64,000 nt of DNA, taken from assembly GCA_964270895.1 (NCBI GenBank), contig OZ185450.1, one strand, 5' to 3'. Both the position numbers and the translations under genes were made by a program. This document shows, one piece after another, positions 21,501-34,224 of this stretch (the first letter of the stretch is position 1; each line of letters starts with the position of its first letter). This stretch comes from Podarcis filfolensis (Eukaryota). The notes under the pieces were generated by a model. The model ran no database searches, was not told where the DNA came from, and saw only the letters and a program-made list of their open reading frames with translations.

Positions 21501-22900
21501 GTCAGTGAAGGTCTCTTCTGAGGGTCTCCCAGTCAGTGCCCAACTTGGCCGACTGCTGACACCAGTCCTGCTGGCAGCACTTCTTGTGATACTCGACAGT
21601 CATTGAGGCTGATTGCAATACAGGCTTGGGATGGCCTCATGCTTGGAGCGGGTCCAGTACTAAGAGTAAAGAAGACGCTTTGTGTGAACAGGGCCTATAA
21701 AAAATAACAATTGCTTGTTTTCTAACCGTTCAGAATGTAGCTTATCCTATCTGCAGGAAACCTTTTCCCAGCTCTTTTATCTTGTTATTAGAGCCTATAT
21801 ATTCTGGATGATGCAGCCCCCGCTCTTCACCAGCACGAAGAGCAGAAGGTCATCGCCAAACAGTTAGAACAATGTTTCGAAGCCCAGCCTGCTGCTTATC
21901 CACTTTGGAGAAGGTGATTGCGCAGTGCAGAGCCAGAGATTGATTTCCAGTCTCTCTGCCTTTCACCAAACAAGACGCTCTTTTAAACACAAGATCAGGC
22001 TATTAGGACATAAATCTATTGGGATGGAGGACTTATTTCAACATTGCTCACTATCTCTTATGGTGGTTGCACCATCGCTCTCAAAGGATTGCTTTCTGCT
22101 GCCAGGACATCCATCCATTTAGCTCAGGAATGTCTATATTGACAGGTGGTGACTCTGTGGTTCCAGACAGGAATACTTCCCAGCCCTAACTGCAGTTGGC
22201 AAGGATTTCACCTCGTGCTGTAGCTCAGTGGTAGAGCAATTGCTTGGCATGCGGAAGGTCCCAGGTTCATCTCCAGATCAGAGTGGGAGAGTCCCCTGCC
22301 TGAGACCCTGAGGAACTACCATCAAGGCAGATACTACTGAGCTAGAAGCAGCTTCCTATATTAAGCATACAGAGCAGCTCTGCCAGCTCTGCCAGTGACC
22401 TACAGCCTCTCCCCAATAACCACGTATGTCATCTGCCAAGTCACCAAGTCCACCTCTCTCAAGCATGAAAAGCATACAAAAGTCCTCAATGCCTTTTGAT
22501 GCTTTCGGTGGCACATTGACAACACAGAAAAGATGGAATGTCAACTCTTTATTGCTTTACATCAGCACTTGCCACTTTTCACATGTGATGCGGCGCATTT
22601 GGGAAGGGCCATAACTCAGTGGTAGAGCATATGCTTTGCATGCAGAAAGTCCCAAGCTGAATCCCCAGCATTTCCAAAAGAGTTCAGAACACCCCAGTCT
22701 GAAACCGTGGAGAGCTCCGGCCAGTGTAGACCATACTGAGCTAAATGGGCTGATGTTCTTGTTCAGTACAAGGCAGCGGCCTTAATTCCTATGGAGAAGG
22801 CCTGTAGCTCAGCATTCCCCAACATCTTTCAGCAGAACTGGGAATACCCTTTGTCTGGAACCCAGGAGGGCTGCTACAAGTCGTCGTTATTCCATTTCTT

Positions 22901-23113
22901 AAGAGACAATGGAGTGTACCTCCAGGGGTGAAGTCAAACAGCTGTGCTAGCAGCACCAAAGTGACAAGCCTGGGCAGTGTGTCTGGAGGTCCTGGGATGC
23001 CCAGGTGAGAAGACCTCCTTCTATGCCTTGCTGATGTGGTCCAAAGGAAAGCAGAGCAATACATTTTGCACCAGCTTGGCTGCAGGAATCATACAAGGTG
23101 CCATCCAACCATC
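22901..23113 (+). mobile_element. Interspersed repeat fragment (second copy about 32050-32325), probably LINE-derived (RTE-like)
   Basis: Shared aagagacaatggagt..cctccag...gtccaaaggaaagcagagcaatacattt in both copies. The family name is inferred. Confidence 0.55.
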
Positions 23114-24803
23114 TTAGGGACTCCACTCCAAAGGGTTTACTCCTTAGCTTTTTCTTCCCGCAAGACAGCTCAGGTTTAGGATCAGAGTTTTCCTTCTCTT
23201 AAATGGGCTCCCTTCCCAGGTGGTGGAGCCCCACCTGCCCACTGCAAGGTACTGTAAGCAACACTCAATGAAATACAGCAATCTGATTAGTTATGAGGCA
23301 GCTTCCTATGCTCCTGCTTATCTTACTTAAAATGTTCCTATGCTGCTCTTCATTTAAATGATCCCAGAGCAGTTCACAGCACATGAACATAATGCAATAA
23401 AATCCACATAATAGTAGACTAGTTTCTTCACACTCACAGATCTCTCACTATCCTCTATCCAGGCTAGCAAGAAGCCTTATCATAGTTCAAGGAGACTTTC
23501 CAGCTAGGCAGAAAACTGTATGTAGGAAGATACAAAGCAGGACCTGTGAGGGGTTGGGCCCTGGGGAGAGTCCCACCGGCCAGGAAGAGAGGCCTGGGGA
23601 GCCACATTTGGCCCAGGTGCTTGACATTCCCATCCTAGCTTTGCATGTTTACCTCGGTAGGCCAGCCAAATGCGCAGTTAGCAGGAAGGCATTTCCACAG
23701 CAGGGGTCGGCAGCAGCAGGTATGGCAGCCGTGTGCAGCATGGCAAGGGGGCACATGGCCTTGTGAAGCCCCACACATATTTTTTTTGATGCATGAAAGG
23801 CAAAGTCATGTAAACTATAATAGGCTGTTCCTGAAACTTCCTACCATTTGGTAAGGAGAAGTGAAACAATATTTTAATCACAAAAGACAAGGTTAAAAAT
23901 TGTTTTTTGTAGGCAGAGTAACAAAAAGGGCTTTATGCTTTGATAACCAAATCCAAGCGTGTTAATGAAGGATCTAAAATCACAACAATGTAAAATGGAA
24001 ATGATACACTTCCTCTTGATGAATGGGCAAGAGGAAGACCCACCCCAGCTTATGGAGACATTAACGTTTTCTCCAGCATTAACACAACAGACTCTTGTTT
24101 GCAAGCTACTGGAAAAAGGAGGCATCATTTAATGTCTGTCAGCGTGCGTCACACTCCACCGCTAACATCTCTATCCAGATGAAATGGTGTCGAAGGCTGA
24201 CATAACATTTACACTTGTTCATGCCAAATTGTTTTATTTCACGCTACAGAAAAAGGAGCTGCTTTTGGATAACATTGGACTGACATTTGCATGCACACTT
24301 GGCAGGCAGGCTGAGTCAGAGTGCCAAGAGAAAGCGTCTACTTAACAGAAGGAACGCTTGCAGAGCAGAGGGATGTGGGAACCCATTGACACCAGCAGGC
24401 TAACGTGGTTCATTTGCCTTAGGGCTGGTTTTGGGTTCAAGGTGGGCTCTAGGCAAGTGTTGTCTGCTGACTACTCCCAAGATCTTCATCACCATCATCA
24501 TTATTTACTTGTACCCCACTCATCTGACTAGGTTGGCCCAGCCACTCTGGGCAGCTTCCACAGGATGTAAAACAACACATGGTGCATCAGACATTAAAAG
24601 CTTCCAGATACAGATTCAGATGTCTATGGAAGGTCATATAATTGGTTATCTCTTTGACATCAGATGGGAGGGTGTTGCACAAAGTGAGAGGGCATTCTAC
24701 GGGTGTCCTCCTGACATCAGCGCCGCATCACAGGCATACAGGAGCTCTGGAATCTGACACACACCATTTTAGATCTACCACAATGCCAATTGGTCCTGGT
24801 TTT

Positions 24804-24996
24804 CATAGAATCATAGAGTTGGAAGAGACCACAAGGGCCATCGAGTCCAACCCCCTGCCAAGCAGGAAACACCATCAGAGCACTCCTGACATATGGTTGT
24901 CAAGCCTCTGCTTAAAGACCTCCAAAGAAGGAGACTCCACCACACTCCTTGGCAGCAAATTCCACTGTCGAATAGCTCTTACTGTCAGGAAGTTTT
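24804..24996 (-). mobile_element. CR1 LINE 3' end
   Basis: Minus frame QNFLTVRAIRQWNLLPRSVVESPSLEVFKQRLDNHMSGVL plus the catagaatcatag tail. Confidence 0.88.
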
Positions 24997-26764
24997 GTTC
25001 CCACCCTCCTCTCTGCTGAGTTCTACAAGGGCCAATACTGGGACTAAGGAGGAAGAAGCTGACCACCTGCTAGGCTGGCTGTAAGGAATAAGAGAGGAAG
25101 GTGAAAGCTGGCTGAGAGCAGACTGAAGTTAGTGGAGCAGTGCCCCATTTTCCCTAATGGGCCAGCCTCCACTGTCTAACAATGAAGTGTTTTGAACCTT
25201 TCTGTGACCTCATAGTAGCTCAGCCAATGGCCTGGTGAATGAAAGCTCCCCGTATAGAAATACTAATGAAGGTAAATGAGGAGTGTGGGGGTGTCCAGGG
25301 GACACTGTTTTGATTTTTCTAAGGAAAGAGTGGCATGTAACAACTATCATCATCATCATCAATGGAAGAGTGTACACCACAGAAATAATCAGGGCCACCT
25401 ATAGACCAAACAGCAAAACAGAGTAAGAGCATTTCTTCAACTTTTGAATACTTGCAGACCATTTCACAATCTGCTGCATGAATTATCCCCATCAGATAAG
25501 ACAAAAAATTTACAGACTAGGTTCAAAAAAATCTATATTTATTCATGCAAATTGAACTGTTTATACCATTTGTTTTGGCTGTTGCTGAGACAGTTAACTT
25601 ATGAAACATATCTTTGAGCTCAGTGTTGCCTCCCTCACCTCCCAGCCTGGTGCTGGAAGCAGTTCCCTGGGTCATCTGCCTCTAAATCTGGCCCTATTGA
25701 CAACCCCTTCAGATGGATTGATATTTTTGGAATAAGCCTCCCTCATAATCTAGAACATGGGTTCTCAGATATTTGGAGCCTGGAGTCACCTTTGCAAATC
25801 TAAGAAACTGTTATGGGCACCACAAAACACCCATTTCACAGATGAAAAACAGGTCATGCTCAGAACACACACACACACACACACACCCCTCCCAAATAAA
25901 GCTGGCAACGCACACCATATACATACAACAGGCAATCTCCCAACCAAACAGCAAAATGCAACAACAACAATAACAAAACCACACCAACAATTTTAAAGTA
26001 TTAAAAATGGTATGGCAAGGAGGCCTTGGCAGGCACCAAGGAGGAGATGGTGGTACCCATGGATGCCATGTTGAGAACCCCAGATCCATCATCCCTTGCA
26101 GCAATTTGATGGATTCAAAAATCAAGGAAAACTTTTGTAATTTTGGCAGATTATGAGCTAAGCCCCCAGGATAGTAGCGTTGCTCACTACTTTGACCTCT
26201 GACCAGCTAAGAGCCACCTGCTGTTTAAGTGGATTGTTGGGTGAAGGCCAGTCTCTTTCACACCTTGCACCATCCAGCCCTGAAGTGCTGGAGCAGAGCC
26301 GATGCATTGCAAGGCTCAGGGACTCACCTCAGTGCTGACCTCCTGACTATAAAATCAGAAGCAGAGATTAAAGGTGGGACAGGAGGAATACTTTGCAGGA
26401 TGTATATAAAACACAGATTGCCAAAGTACTGTTTCCTGTGTTTTGCCATGGTGGAGTGGGGAGGGGGAAATATTTTCAGTCACTCCCAAAAACCCTTGCT
26501 GAATTGTTTTCTCTGTTCTTACGGGGGGGGGGGGAGAAGAAGCCAAAAACATGCCTGCATTTCTTTAATAAGGGATACCATGCCACAGAGACAAGCAGAA
26601 AAGGATAAATCAGCAAGAAAAATAAACCAGAAGGCAATTTTTCAAATATATCTGGACATAATCAGCAAACCCAGGAGTTCTTGGATGAGACCCAGTGTAT
26701 AACTGTTAGATATTATAGGCAGTGGAAGCTGAAATTGAAAATTAAACTGTTGATACCATAACTG

Positions 26765-27365
26765 GTTGAAAATGTTGAAAATGATCAAAGGGATGGAGCA
26801 ACTTCTCTTTGGGACTTTTCATCATCATCATAATTTATTACCCCGCCCATCTGACTGGGTCTCCCCAACCACTCTGGGCGGCTTCCAACCAAATATCAAA
26901 AACAATACAACAATTTCAGTGTAGAGCAAAAGCAAGTAAGTAGCAACATGACAGAGGTTTATAGAATTCTGCAAAAGTGGGAAAAGTGGGTAGTGAAAAG
27001 TTCTTTTTCCTTGCTCAGAACACTAGAACTCAGAGGCTTCCAATGAAGCTGAATGTTGGAAGATTCAGGACCAATAAAAGAAAATATTTCTTCATGCAGC
27101 ACGTAGCTAAGGTATGGAATTCATTACCACCAGAGACAGGTTGAGTGGCTTTAAAAGAGGATTGGACAAGTTCATGGAGGATAATCCTATCAGTGGTTAC
27201 TAACCTCGATAGCTATGTTCTACTTCCACTGAAATCACAGTCAGGCACAGGGCTATTGTCTTGCTTGCCAGCTTCCCTTTGGCACCTGGTTGGCCACTGT
27301 GAGAATAGGATACTGGACTAGATGGCCACTGCCTTGATCCAGGAGGCTCTTCTTCTGTTCTTGTG
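26765..27365 (+). mobile_element. Degraded CR1 LINE 3' region
   Basis: atgaagctgaatgttggaagattcaggac...ggctttaaaagaggattggacaagttcatggaggat...ctggactagatgg...gctcttcttctgttctt. Confidence 0.7.
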
Positions 27366-28093
27366 TGATGCCCAGAACTAGACACACAGTGTGCATTGTT
27401 TGAGAGGCATGGCTTGTGTTTTCAACTAGAGGACACAGAAGCATTGTAAGATACTCTACTGAAGGAGTTACCAGATAAGTTGATTGTGTCATCTGAGCCT
27501 AAGCTGTAATAAAAAAAAGTTACATAGAGCTGGAACACATTTTTCATCTAATGCAGTTAAATTTTGTACCCTTTGCATCTCTTGGTTGTATCCATTGGCA
27601 GTTCTTCTGCCACACAGATAGCATTATTGAATATTTGCAACACTTTCTGTTTTTGCTGGTCTTGTAAACGTTCTTCTCTGAGACGCCAAAAGTAAGCTAC
27701 TTTCTCACCTTGGCAAAGTATTGGGGAGATGCATCAATCAAATGGTCAGGAAACACTAACAAAGACAACCTTGACTGACCCTGAAACAAACAAGGTATTG
27801 CTCTTATCCAGGGGGAAATTCCATTTGAAAGTGGAATGACATCACAGCCTCCCCACTGGGTATTCTGTATCTAGATACCAAGAGATTTAAGGCTCCAAAC
27901 CTTTACCAGCTTTGCTGTGAGTAAGCCCATTGAACTCTATGAAATTTACTCATACATACACAAGTACTCCATTAGTTAAATACTCAGACATCAGAGGTTT
28001 TGTCAGCATGATTAGCTAGTGACACCAAACCTAATGGAATCTGTAATCTTTAGCTGGTTAAAATTATAGGTGGAGAGTTGTATCCAATGCTTG

Positions 28094-28955
28094 TTGTTGT
28101 TGTTGTTGTTCTATTATCTGTACCCTACCCATCTGACTGGGTTCCCCCAGCCACTCTGAGCAGCTTCCAACAAATATAAAAGCATAATAAAACATCAAAT
28201 ATTAAAAACTTTCCAATACAGGACTACCTTCAGATGTCTTCTAAAAGTTGTATGGGGTTTTTTTATCTTCTTGGCATCTGAAGGGAGGGCATTCCACAGG
28301 GAGGGCGCCACTACTGGGAAGGTCCTCTGCCTGGTTCCCTGTAACCTCACTTCTCTCAGTGAGGGAACAGCCAGAAGGCCCTTAGTGCTGGACCTCAGTG
28401 TCCAGGCTGAATGATGGGGGTGGAGATGCTACTTCAGGTATACTGGGCAGAGGCCGTTTGTGGATTTAAAGTTCAGCACCAACACTTTTAATTGTGCTCA
28501 GAAAAGTACTGAGAGCCAGTGTAGATCCTTTATATGGTCCCAGCTGCTGCTCCCAGTCACCAGTTTAGCTGCCGCATTCTGGATTACCGGTAGTTGTAGA
28601 TTTTGAGTCACCTTCAAAGGTAGCCCCAGGTAGAGCGCATTGCAGTAGTCCAAGCAGGAGATAACCAGAGCAAGACAGTTTGAGGGCAGGTTGGATCTCA
28701 GCCGGTATACCAGATGGAGCTAGTAGACAGCTGCCCTGGACGGCTGTGAGTCCAAAATGACCCCAGGCTGCCACCTGTTCCTTCAGGGACACAGTTACCC
28801 ATTCAGGACCAGGGAATCATCCACACCCACACCTGCCCACCCCCTGCCCCCCAGAAACAGTATTTCTGTCTTGTCAGGATTCCACCTCTGTCCATCAGCT
28901 GAGAGATCCAGCAGTACCAGGAAATAGCTTTCACCTTTGTCCCTAGCCTGCCAAA
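28094..28955 (-). mobile_element. L2-clade LINE fragment (RT and C-terminal region, internal deletions)
   Basis: Minus frames LVLLDLSA, WNPDKTEILFL and LVISCLDYCNAL, typical of L2 ORF2. (AAC)n tail. Another piece at about 36395-36630. Confidence 0.8.
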
Positions 28956-31539
28956 GTAGGTTAGTTATACTCAGAGCAAGCACAGCAAAATTAATGGACA
29001 TGACTATGGGCTGTATCCAATGATAGCCCTACTCAGAGTAGATCCAGTGAAAGCGCAGATTAAATACATGAAAGTGCATTAACCAACATTTGTTCCTTGC
29101 TCTTGAATCTTCTCTCTAATTGTCCATACCAGATCCACAGGACAGGGACCTTTATCTTGCTTACTGTATGTTGCTCTGCCATGTGCCAAGTACACTTGAT
29201 GATATTGTTACATGCCACGCTCACCACCACAGTGGTGCCAGATTCCAGGGGTTCCAGGTGCTTACCCAGGATCTATGTTTCCTTTGGAAATGAGGTGTCT
29301 TTATGATATAGGGTTGTATTTAAACATATATACAACCTTAGTCTAGGTGGACAGAGTGCAGAGCATTCACATGCTAAGAAGGTCTGGCCTTTTCCATAAG
29401 GGCAGCTTTGGATGTAAAGACACCAAAGCTGCCCTTTGTCTCTTTGTTACCACTTGTCCCGGCCAGCCCACCAGGTCTTCAGCCCCCTTCTTCACAGAGT
29501 CGAAGGATCTCTGCCCACGACACAGAGCTGGAGGAAGCCTCCCCACTTTGCCTGGCAGTCTTTGCCCTCCTTGATGGGCCATCACTGGCCTTTGTTCTCC
29601 CAATGACTCCCATTGAGCAGGCTTGGCTTGTTAGCATAACTAAATCCAGGGGGCTTGGCACAGTTTACTCAAACCTTGATTAATTCTATCATTTACTAAA
29701 TCCAGGAATTATGGGGAGGATCTGGCACCTAGGAGTTTAAGAGATCACTGCCCCCCACCAACTTTATAAACAATGCTCTATCTGGAACCGAATTTAGGAC
29801 TGTGTGGGTGCTTCTCCTGCACAGGTTGCTGAGCTGAGGGGGTGCCACAGGGCACCATAACTATGACATCGTGCACATGCAGAACAGAAGGTGAGAGGTG
29901 GGGGTGCCAAATTTTGGGCTCACACAGGGCACTGCTGAAATTTGAAAGACCAAGTCTGCCCTTTCCAAATAGACACTTATAACAACTGCACTTTCTCTCA
30001 AAGCACTGATAACAGTTAAAGTAAGAGGAAGTGCCTGGACAGAGATAAGTTTAAGGAGTTTTTCACTGCCTGGTTGGGCAATCTGGCCAGGTGCTGAAAG
30101 AACTGGGCAAATGAAATAACCAGGTGAGAGTCTCCTTATTTATTATTTCAATCCTCAACTGCCTCCTTCTCAAAACACGAAGAAGCAAAGAGACCGCAAG
30201 CAGCTCACTGAAAACCTGGGCTGTCTTCCAGACACCCTGGTATATCAAACTTCTCACCAACCATTAGTGTTTCCTTTCCTCCCTGCTGGGTATGTAGTAA
30301 ACAAATGTGAGGTTATCAGTATCTGTGAACCAGCATGATAACCCTAATCTTTTTTCTAGTGACTCAGAGGCTACTCATCCAAAGTTTGGTTTATTTAAGG
30401 TGTTGCTACATAAAAGGGGTGCATTGTATAGAGTTTTGTTCCAAAATCATAAAAAGTAAATAATTAAAATATTAGCTGTCTTAAAATTTTGAAGCAGAGT
30501 TCCAAAACATGCCAAGGAATATACAACAGACCGATTCCTTTATATAATTTCCCCACTCAATAAAATAAAGGGTTGTAGCCACTGCAAGTCCTACTCAGAG
30601 TAGATGCTTTGAAGTTAGAGAACATGGCTAACTTAGGTTTATGAAGTTCACTGGGTTTGCTCAGAGAAGAACTTAGTTGGATGCAACTGGAAATCTGCTG
30701 CGGTCAGTAGCTTAAACTTCTACAAACCCACCAACAGGAACAGAATGTGGTCTTTCAAATTTCAGTGGGGCCTGTGCAAGGCCAAAATCCAGTGCCCACA
30801 CCTCACCTCTTGCCTTCCATTCCACTCAATTCACTGTATCATGGTTGCAAGGAGCCCCCTAGGCTCAGCGCCCAGTGCAGCAGAAGCAGTCACGTTGCCC
30901 TAAACCTGCCTCTGCCACTAAGACATGAAGGACCTGCCTTCTCTGTTATAGACCTGCACAGTCAACTTTTGTAGACACATAAAATCATAGTGTGGATGGG
31001 ACCCCAAGGATCATTTAGTCCAACTGCTGCAGTGCAGAAATCCTGCCCACAGCCATCCCTGGGGTGGGGGGTGAGGGACGGTGGAGCAACCAACCTTCTA
31101 GTTAACAGCCAAGTACACAGACCCATTGCTCCCCCTGAGGTCTTCATCTGAGATACCTAGAGCTGTGCCAAAATTTATGGGAGAGGGATCTTCATAACAT
31201 TTCTGAGAAATATTGGGGAAGGGGTTCATTTATGATGTACCACCATGGGATGGCAAGGCTCCCTTGCTCTACCACTTTCCATGTGGAAAGCAGCACAGCA
31301 GAGGGGCTTCTTTTTGGGGGGATGGGGGTGGGGGTGTTGTGGCAAACTGAACTTAAAATTGGAACAATTAGAAACTGAGAAAAACTGAAAATGACAGATT
31401 CATCCATCCCTAGCTGTGGAATGCTGCCTTCATGTCCTGCTTACAGGCTTCCTCAAGATATCAGGTTGCCACTATGGGAGACAGGATGCTCACCTAGATG
31501 GACCTTTGGTCTAATTTAACAGGGCTCTTCTTGTGCTCT

Positions 31540-31970
31540 TGTCAGGGAACTGCCATCGGAACTAGCGGAGGAGGCGAGGCTCCACAGCGATGCTGGAGAG
31601 GGGCCAAGCAGGGAGAGAGGCAGGTCTCCGGCTGGGGAAGAAAATCAGCGCAATACCAGGGATAGAGGGGGGCCGATGGGGGAAGCAGAGAGGGGGCTCC
31701 AGGACTCTTCGCAGGAGACCAGCGAGGAGAGCACAGGTCCTCCACTGCCCACACCCACCCTGCGCAGAAGACTTCCGTGCAGGGAAAGTAGGCAGCGACT
31801 TGGCGTCAAAGAGCTTCTTTGCTGGAAGAGGTTTAAGAAACGCCCACTGACGGATTCTGCCAGCGACTGAACAGCCACGGAGTAGATGGCTGTCCAGCGA
31901 GAAACGGTTTAACCAGCCAACCTAGCCCAGAGCGGCGGTAACTTACGCACAAGCAACCCCTAAAGCCATT
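31540..31970 (+). mobile_element. LTR-like element (TGTCAGG start), 3' end truncated; boundary approximate
   Basis: Begins TGTCAGGG like the 7589 element. CpG-rich. Stop-free frame 31541-31870 with an acidic segment followed by PPLPTPTLRRRLPCRESRQRL...KRFKKRP. Confidence 0.55.
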
Positions 31971-33972
31971 ACAGCTCTTATAGCCCTCCTCTAAAAGAGA
32001 AGAACAACCACCAGAAATTATTGAGAAGTTTTTGGCATCTGTCTGTATCAAGAGACAATGGAGTCCACCTCCAGTGTTGAAGTTAAACCACTAGAGAATC
32101 TGCTGTGGCTGTAGAGACCGGTGTTTTTGCATCACCCAAGTGACTTCCCCGAGGTGCAAGCCTGGGCCATATATCTGGGGTTCCTGGGCTGCCCAGACAG
32201 CGTCTCGACCCGCTCTCAACCTCGATGATGGAGTCCAAAGGAAAGCAGAGCAATACATTTGGCACTGGCTTGGCTACAGGAGTTGCCAGAAAGAGGCTTA
32301 CGATGTGCCAATGCAGCCGTCTGGATTGTGTAGGATTTACTCCTGAGCCTATTCTTCTCCCGAAGATGTCCCACAAGGCAGTGGGATGAGGCCAAAGAGT
32401 TTAGAATTCCATGTGCAAGGCACCACTATGGGGAAGGGGACTTTCATGTGCCCTCACACCATGTATCCTACCTCATTCCATGATGATAGGGACCTCATCC
32501 ACTGACTTTAAAGCTGGAAAACTAGGGAAATGAAGAAGGGACTGGAGAAAAGGTATGGCTAACTGGCTGAAGTTTGTACCAGGAGTACATCATGCAGCAA
32601 TATTGCAAGTTCTACAGTATTTATTGATGTGGATATAAGAGGGGGGAAATGCGGTCATTTATATTGCTGTGTACCCTGTAGAGCAGGGAGAGGAGGACCT
32701 GTGGTTTTCCAGCTGGTTTTGGATTCCAGCTCCCATCAGCCCCAGCCAGCATGGCCACCACTCAGAGATGATGGGAGTTATAATCTAACAACAGCTTGGG
32801 GATCTTAGGCTCCTCACCCTACTGCAGAGCAGTGATTGTTGGAAACCATGATGGTATAGGAGACATCTTGCCTGATTCTAGTCAGACTTGACGCAAGGCA
32901 GTTTTGAGAGTTTTGTCATGGGAAAAGCTGTTATCAACTTCTGGTCTAAGCTAATAGCCGCACTGAGCAGGTTATGCTGGCAACCAAGCTAAAGAGTGTT
33001 TGTCCCTCCCAGATGGACATATTTCTGTACCTTGTCAGGCTCCAGAGCTGACAACTCACTTAGGCTGCACCAACAAAAATCCACTCAGGGGCCCAACAGG
33101 AAGAATGAACTTGCTCCAATTTTTTTTGGAATGAAAAGAAACCCATCTCACAAATATCAGCATAAGATTCCTGTTAAAAGCCTGCTGTGTACCCGTCAGG
33201 GCTGCCCAGTTGTTGACTGTCCTTGTGACTCCTGCGACTTTAGTAGAGTTTGTTTTATAGAGATTAACAGATCGTATTAGCTACCTCCATGCCAAGAAAA
33301 ACACCCCTGCTAGGGTGGCAATGTGTCCTACTTTACGGAGGACAGTCCTCTCTCTGAAGATGTTCTCTACTTGAAGCACTGCCCAGTCCAAGACTGATTT
33401 AAAGATAAAGAACCCTAAGAAGGGAAGCAGGTGTAACCTTGAAGTTATCAATAGTGAAAACCTGCCCAGCGGAGTGGGCCAACACGCTGCTCAACTGATC
33501 ACAGTCTTCCCACTAGGATGAGATGTTTTTCTATTTAAACTATAGCAATTATTGCTAACTTTAGAACTCCCAGCCCCGTGCCACCCCACAGAATTTGATG
33601 GGTTCCACTCTTGGAACAGACCAATACAGCTGCTGCTCTGGAAAGTAAGGGAAAGCAATTCCTTCCCAACTTTATGTTTGCTTATTTACTTAACAAGATG
33701 TATACACCGCTTACTGGAACAAAATTCCTCTTAGTGGGTTTACAAGACACTCTAAAATATTAATTTAAAATGCCAATAAAAACAACAAGCCTTAAAAGAA
33801 AGTTCATAGAATCATAGATGGAAGGGACCCTGAGGGGCATCTAGTCCCACCCCCTGCAATGCAGGAATCTCAGCTAAAGCATCCATGACAGGTGGCCACC
33901 CAATTTCTGCTTTAAAACCTCCAGTGAAGGAGATGCCACAGCCTCCTGAGGTTTCATTAAAGAATATAAATA

Positions 33973-34224
33973 CAGTGGTACCTCGGGATGTGAACGGGAT
34001 CTGTTCCGGAGCCCTGTTCACATCCCAAAGCGAACGTAACCCGTGTCCGCGCGTGCGCAGGTCGCAATTCGGCACTTCTGTGCATGCGTGTGATGTCATT
34101 TTGACAGTCTGCGCATGCGCGCGCAGTAAAACCTGGAAGTAACGCGCTCCATTACTTCCAGGTCGCCATGGAGTGCAACCCGAAAATGCCTAACCCGAAG
34201 TGTATTTATCCCGAGGTATGACTG
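33973..34224. mobile_element. Tc1/mariner-type MITE inserted next to a CR1 fragment
   Basis: TIRs cagtggtacctcgggat...atcccgaggtatgactg, flanked by TA on both sides. Confidence 0.88.

Noticed and set aside
22605-22680. tRNA-like sequences (also near 2535, 4316, 7405, 16835, 22215)
   Set aside because: Degenerate SINE heads with SINE bodies; no intact cloverleaf or terminator.
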